64,000 nt of DNA, taken from contig BFEA01000025.1 of assembly GCA_003427395.1 (NCBI GenBank), positions 5,201,308 to 5,265,307 of the forward strand, given 5' to 3'. The notes under the pieces were generated by a model. It saw nothing but the letters and a program-made list of their open reading frames with translations. It ran no database searches and was not told the DNA's origin. This stretch comes from Chara braunii (Eukaryota > Plantae > Charophyceae). Shown piece after piece: positions 58,380 to 64,000 of this stretch. Positions within the stretch are counted from its first letter, which is position 1, and each line of letters opens with the position of its first letter. The translations under genes and the position numbers were made by a program.

Positions 58380-58904
58380 NNNNNNNNNNNNNNNNNNNNN
58401 NNNNNNNNNNNNNNNNNNNNNNNNNNNNNNNNNNNNNNNNNNNNNNNNNNNNNNNNNNNNNNNNNNNNNNNNNNNNNNNNNNNNNNNNNNNNNNNNNNNN
58501 NNNNNNNNNNNNNNNNNNNNNNNNNNNNNNNNNNNNNNNNNNNNNNNNNNNNNNNNNNNNNNNNNNNNNNNNNNNNNNNNNNNNNNNNNNNNNNNNNNNN
58601 NNNNNNNNNNNNNNNNNNNNNNNNNNNNNNNNNNNNNNNNNNNNNNNNNNNNNNNNNNNNNNNNNNNNNNNNNNNNNNNNNNNNNNNNNNNNNNNNNNNN
58701 NNNNNNNNNNNNNNNNNNNNNNNNNNNNNNNNNNNNNNNNNNNNNNNNNNNNNNNNNNNNNNNNNNNNNNNNNNNNNNNNNNNNNNNNNNNNNNNNNNNN
58801 NNNNNNNNNNNNNNNNNNNNNNNNNNNNNNNNNNNNNNNNNNNNNNNNNNNNNNNNNNNNNNNNNNNNNNNNNNNNNNNNNNNNNNNNNNNNNNNNNNNN
58901 NNNN

Positions 58905-59841
58905 CGTGACATTGAGGATTGCAGCGGGGGAAAACACTCAAGTGGCGGGGGAAGAGGCCCGCAACACTTGAAGCAGCGGGGAAACACTCAAGTAGCAGGT
59001 AGGCCGGTTCCGCACCCTGAAGAGGTAGATGTGCCCGGTACTCGAGGCCGACCAGAAGAAGACAAAAGTGGCATTTTTAGAGGCCCAGTAGTTGTAGGCT
59101 AGGTCTAGGCGGGTACCAGTCCAACCAGTCTGAGTCTAGGGCCTGTACGTGCAATATCAGAGTCTGCAATGATGTTTCCCTCCGGAAGGGAGGAGGTACT
59201 GGTCGCTTGGAAGGCCGAGCGGCCTGGAAGTCACCGCCCAAGAGGCAAGCAGGCCGCTATATCTCCAGGCCGGGCGAAGAGCCCAGCCTCATTGTCGGTG
59301 TGCAAGTTTGGCGACACACTGGTTGGAGCGCTGACTGGAGCAGCGCTAGCACTCAGCAGTGCTGCTGGGGAAGGAGCAAGGGCACGGAGGAGGAAGAAGG
59401 CCAGGGTTAGGGAGGAGCGCCAGAGGTACTTACCTGGCTATGGCGGCAGCCATCTTCATCACCTTGGTGGGCGCTGCAGCAGGAAGGGCCCAGCTGGGGT
59501 AGAGCTACACCAAGAAGCTTCGAGGCAGAGTCAGGCATGGCGGCCTGAGCTAGAGCAGCCATAGCTGCTTTGGGTGGTCCTTTGGGCATCTGGGCAAGGC
59601 CTAGTAGTCCGCCATATCCTCGGCCTATGAGAGTGTAGAGTGGGAGAGGCGGCCATGGCTATGGTGGACCTCAAGTGATACCTGCAGTAGAAGAGGGATT
59701 CAGACATTGGTTCTGGTTCAGCCATTCAACATTGTATTATTATTTCTTGTGTGAATAAGAGAGGAGGAGATAAGGAGGAAGAGAGAGTTTGGCGAAGAAG
59801 AAGCGCTTTATCATTTGTCTATGCTGGTGTACATCATCTTC
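58905..59841 (-). mobile_element. Interspersed repeat of unclear class, copy 2
   Basis: Colinear with 39950-40835. The left end is in a gap. Confidence 0.6.
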
Positions 59842-60858
59842 TGCAGTAACCCTGTTCACAAGTAGCCTGGGGCTCAGAACTCAGCCCCAGGAAACGTAGA
59901 TCTGAGTTGGTCTGCGCTGGGCTGTGTGACCAAGACACGCCCAGTCCTGAGTCTGTCGAGTGTGGCTGTGTGACCGAACGCTGCACAGGAAATTCAAGAG
60001 TCAAAGTCGATTGTAGAGTCAAAGGTACCGCACCCAGGCCCTTGGTTGGATACACTCACTTGTTGTGCGCAGGTACCCAGACAGCATCCTGGGCGGAGGG
60101 AATTCGGTTTCAGGCCAATCTGGGCCCTCATTCGCATTGAGATTTGGACGGCTGAAGGATACAGCATCCAGGGTCCAGACCCCGCGTCAACACTACATAA
60201 GAGCTGACTTCCTGGCTTTGACATTCATTCAGTCTTGCATCAATGCTGGCTTCACGCGTTGACTTTGACGCTGGTGCGACGCTGCGACACTGGCTGGACG
60301 CTGGCTCTATGCTGGCATATGAGAAGAGACGGCGACGCGCTGCTGGCTGGCATGGTGGCTGGCTGGCAATTGTCTTCCTGGCATGCTGACGTGGCAGCTG
60401 CCACACGCCGCCGCTGACGTGGCTGCTGCCACATGTACTCTGACGTGGCGGGGCTACGTGATTGATAGTGCTGTTCTGATTCATCGTCACTTAGGAAGGA
60501 GATCAAGACTGTGGGGTTATAGTAAATACGTACCTGGTATCTTGATGTCGACATTATCCAGTTCGCTGATGAAGACAGGCTGACGTGCCACGTGGCACAT
60601 TGAGAGAGAACTTCAGATTTGTGTTCGGGTTATTGATTATTGAGGTGGCGAGAGAGGAGGTAGCCCGAAGCAGGAGTGGGCATTGTTGATTTCTCCCCTC
60701 TCAATCTATTCTCCCCTCTATCTCCTTCGTCTGTGTATGATTTCCCATCTCATTCTATTTGGACACAATTATGATTATTTGACATTCATCAGCAGGTTGA
60801 TATCTATATGGGCTGGCATTGTTGACAAGTATCTTCGCCATCTGGGTTCATTGCAATT

Positions 60859-60870
60859 TGGTATCAGAGC
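60859..60870 (+). promoter_or_regulatory. Primer binding site for initiator tRNA-Met
   Basis: TGGTATCAGAGC, 3 nt after the LTR-terminal CA. Confidence 0.92.
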
Positions 60871-61885
60871 TATACTTCCGATGATGTGACGAACAATGAC
60901 GACTTGTATGACGACGGTGAAAGTGGTGACGTGGACAAGAGAGGGACAGCGCACGTCAGGTGTTGACGTGGCATTGGTATCTCGACAAGGGAAGACCAGC
61001 AGGATCGATCGCATCTGCGATCGGGACGACACTGCTGACGTGGCCGGTGACCGTTAAGGAGTGCTGATGTGGCATTGCTGACTCACCACTCGTTTACTGT
61101 GGTGAGAGGCTTAGGGTTGACGTGGCTTTGTCTGACATGGCACTCCATTACCTGGCTGACGTGGCATTGTACGACGCACTGGTACCGCTCCTGACGTGTA
61201 TTCCACTGATGTTGCTGACTGGACCATAGTGTTGACATGGCAGACTCAAGCGCTGCTGTGTTGGCACACCAGGGGATACACGTGGCAGGCATGAAAGTGA
61301 CCGATGACATCAACGCACATTGCTGACGTGCACCCCATTGATGATTATGATTGGACATGCTGACGTGGCATACTCTTCGAGTTGCTGAGTTGGCATGCTA
61401 GGGGTGACACGTGGCAGGCACGGTTGTGCCTAAGAGAGCGTTGCATTCCGATGACCGAAGCGTCACGGCTAGAAGACTGACGTGCCTGTGGTGCCAAACG
61501 TCAGATTGGGTGTTGATCATACAGGATTGAAGGAGAAGCAACAGCAAGGGAAGAACGCTAACTATTATTGTGATATTGTTGGCGGACTTACCTGTTGTCT
61601 TGTGTTGTGTTGTGTGCCTGTGTACTTGTGTGTGTTGATGATCATGCTGGCCTGAGTCACGGTACCTGAAATAGAAAAGAATGTCATCACATTGAAATTA
61701 GAACAGCAATCAGAATTAGTAAAATTCCTGTTCCTTGTTATTAAAACTTTTTGTTCAGATAGTGTGAATCTGGTTCGGGTGACCGTTAAAATTATTGTCT
61801 CTTTTATTTATTTTTGCGGTAGAACAACCTGGCCGACGAATTTTCTTGTTTCTGTCCTCCGAAAATTTCTTACTTCTGGAAATGT

Positions 61886-63722
61886 TTGCAAAAGTTTATT
61901 CTGACGAGATTCGTGATCACATTCTTGTTTTCTATTTCGATCACGCTCTCCGTGGGCGAAGGACCGTCTGAGCTTAAGACTCGGAGGCAGTCTGAGAATA
62001 AGAAACAAGAGTTGTTGGCCTTATGGAACCAGTTCTTGACAGAAGTACATCTGTTTGGACCGGATGTTGAACAACACATCCGTGATAGATTTGATTTGCA
62101 GACGGTTGAAGACCGTCTGAAGAAATCTATCACAGTTGTGGAGGTTGTGGCAACTGGGACCAGAGTTTCCAAACCGATTGCCCAGGGCCGACAGGCGTTG
62201 GACCAGTTTGCCTTGAAGCAGCTGGAAGAAATAATGGAAGCGACTCGTAAAGGCGAGACTAAGCCAGAAGTAACTGAGGCTACGATTAATGCAAATATAC
62301 AACAGTTGAAAGAAACATTGGCCGCGGAAGAAAGAAAAAAAGAAGAATTGGCCAGAAGAAGAGAACAGGAACAAAGAAGAGGACAAAGAGTTAAAGAAAG
62401 TAGACAAGTAATTGGAACAGAAGTTGGAGAACAAACTGACATGTCACATACATTGTCTCATATTGTGACATACCTTACCTTTCTGGAAGAGAAAATCGAC
62501 AGGCAGCAAACTCAGTTAGATGAGAATGCTATAGGATTACGAACCATCGCAAATATTGTGAAAGGAAAGAACCAGATAGAGGGTGAGGAAAAACAAGAAG
62601 AAAAAGAAGACAAGAAAGAAGTGCGAAAGTTGATGGGAGATGCTATGAAGTCTGTTGTACCAACAATTTAGACAACGACCAATGGGAATGGACCACCGAG
62701 TCCACCATCCTTTCCATCTCACTCTTCTCATTCATCTCTTTCTCCTAAATCTCCTCCTTCAACAACTCTGGGTAAGACAAGCGCAGAACCGGAGAAGCCA
62801 AAGAAGAAAGAGAAAGTGAAAATGAAATTGCCTTTTACGTTTAGTAACAAGAAAGACGAGAGCCTGTTGCTTTGGATTGCTGAAATCCAAACGTATGTGA
62901 GCACCGCCCCGGTCGAGCCGGAGTCTCAAGTTGTTGGCCGAGGCTAATGGCGCGGGGTTCGAAGACATCGGCGAGTGGGAAAAGACCCTGACATTGAAAC
63001 TGTTCTTGGCAAAGATCAAGGACCGCTTCCTCGATAAGACGACGGTCGATAAGGCGTTTGACCAGTTAACATCAATTGGTCAAAAGCATTGGACGTCGGT
63101 CAAGGCTTTGTCCCGAGAATTCGATCGATTACTGCAGGTCCCAGGATTGAACCTGCAAGACAGCCAAGTGTTGTACATCTACTCCTGCGCGTTGCCTGAG
63201 CCCATCCGGGGACACCTGGTGGCCGAAGCAAAGTCAGGTAAGTACAACTATAGGCAATTTCGCCACCTTGCTCTGCAAAGGGAGCAAATGACTTCTCAAG
63301 TCAAAAACTCCTATGCAGCCGTAGTTAAGTCTGGAGGAGGAGGAGGAGGAAGGCCGTACAATGGGAAACGAATTCTCTGGTGACAAAAGCGCCAGGACCA
63401 CACCCTTGTCGTCTTTGACGATGACACAGTGGAAAAGTGACCATTAGAAGATAAGGATAATAACAGTGACTCCAGGAAGGGGGAAGTCACTGGTGTTGTG
63501 CCCAATAAGGGAGGGCCACCCAAAAATGGAACAGGGAAGAAACCGAGACCATTTCCATGACACCCTGGCATTGCCGATGGGAAGCCATGGTTGAAGATGG
63601 GAATGACTCGCGAGACTTGGCAGGAGCGCATGGACAATGCACAATGTCTTAAGTGCGGCACACCGGGACATGTGATCGGATATTGCCCTATGATCCGTAA
63701 CCCAAAAGCGAGCAACCAGTAG
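61886..63722 (+). pseudogene. gag: gag (disrupted)
   Basis: Coiled-coil ORF 61886-62671, KVKMKLPFTF, AFDQLTSIGQKHW and a CCHC knuckle, ending in TAG at 63720-63722. Confidence 0.85.
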
Positions 63723-64000
63723 GAGTAGCATCTACTCCTACTGAGATTAAGGGTAAGGACGAACAGACAGGTAAGGCGCCTACGAACCCTTCCTACCCTT
63801 CTTCTCATATGGCAGAGGATGATTCTTCCTTAGCCCATCATCCAGACCACCCTGACATTGTCTTATGTTCTGTCTCTCTGGATGACTCCCTTGATGAGCT
63901 AGGTAATGAATTGCTAGCCTTACGTAGCTCATTGGCTCGAAAAGCAAACTCTATTTTGCAGATGTTGAAATCGCACGAACACGAGTTGGTGCGTTGTTGG

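Larger units (their letters stand above)
59842..64000 (+). mobile_element. Ty3/gypsy LTR retrotransposon, 5' part (LTR, PBS, gag, start of pol)
   Basis: LTR TGCAGT...ATTGCA (59842-60855) and PBS at 60859. Disrupted gag with CLKCGTPGHVIGYC. Protease start DVEIARTRVGALL at the window edge. Confidence 0.9.

Overview
Eukaryotic, transposon-saturated draft-assembly window with nine N-gaps and many (CA)n/(GA)n microsatellites. It is from the green-plant lineage (plant-type U6, TTTAGGG motifs). The gag N-terminus MVDARSGKSTTPYTKAQEEQA resembles my recollection of Chara-type retroelement proteins, which is unverified inference. One host gene is supported: a + strand AAE17/AAE18-like acyl-activating enzyme. 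Five phase-consistent exons (9907-10193, 11139-11343, 14322-14362, 41454-41594, 53095-53168) are separated by introns of up to 27 kb, and the gene continues beyond both ends of what I can trace. The introns and upstream flank hold three Ty3/gypsy elements (two with a chromodomain-like C-terminus), at least eight L1/Tx1-like LINE copies (several with 8-17 bp TSDs), hAT-type MITEs with 8-bp TSDs, tRNA-derived SINEs, a TSD-flanked U6 retrocopy and a Nextera mate-pair junction adapter (assembly artefact). The most interesting signal is a set of four hammerhead-ribozyme motifs in non-coding, poly(A)-less inserts in or next to (CA)n tracts. They are a complete type III hammerhead (54928-54987), a 5'-truncated sibling in a 108-bp insert with a perfect 20-bp TSD (15896-16003), and two minimal type I hammerheads with palindromic stem III (16900-16947, 19701-19756). 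Together they suggest a microsatellite-targeting, ribozyme-bearing non-autonomous retroelement system (Penelope-like or retrozyme-like).
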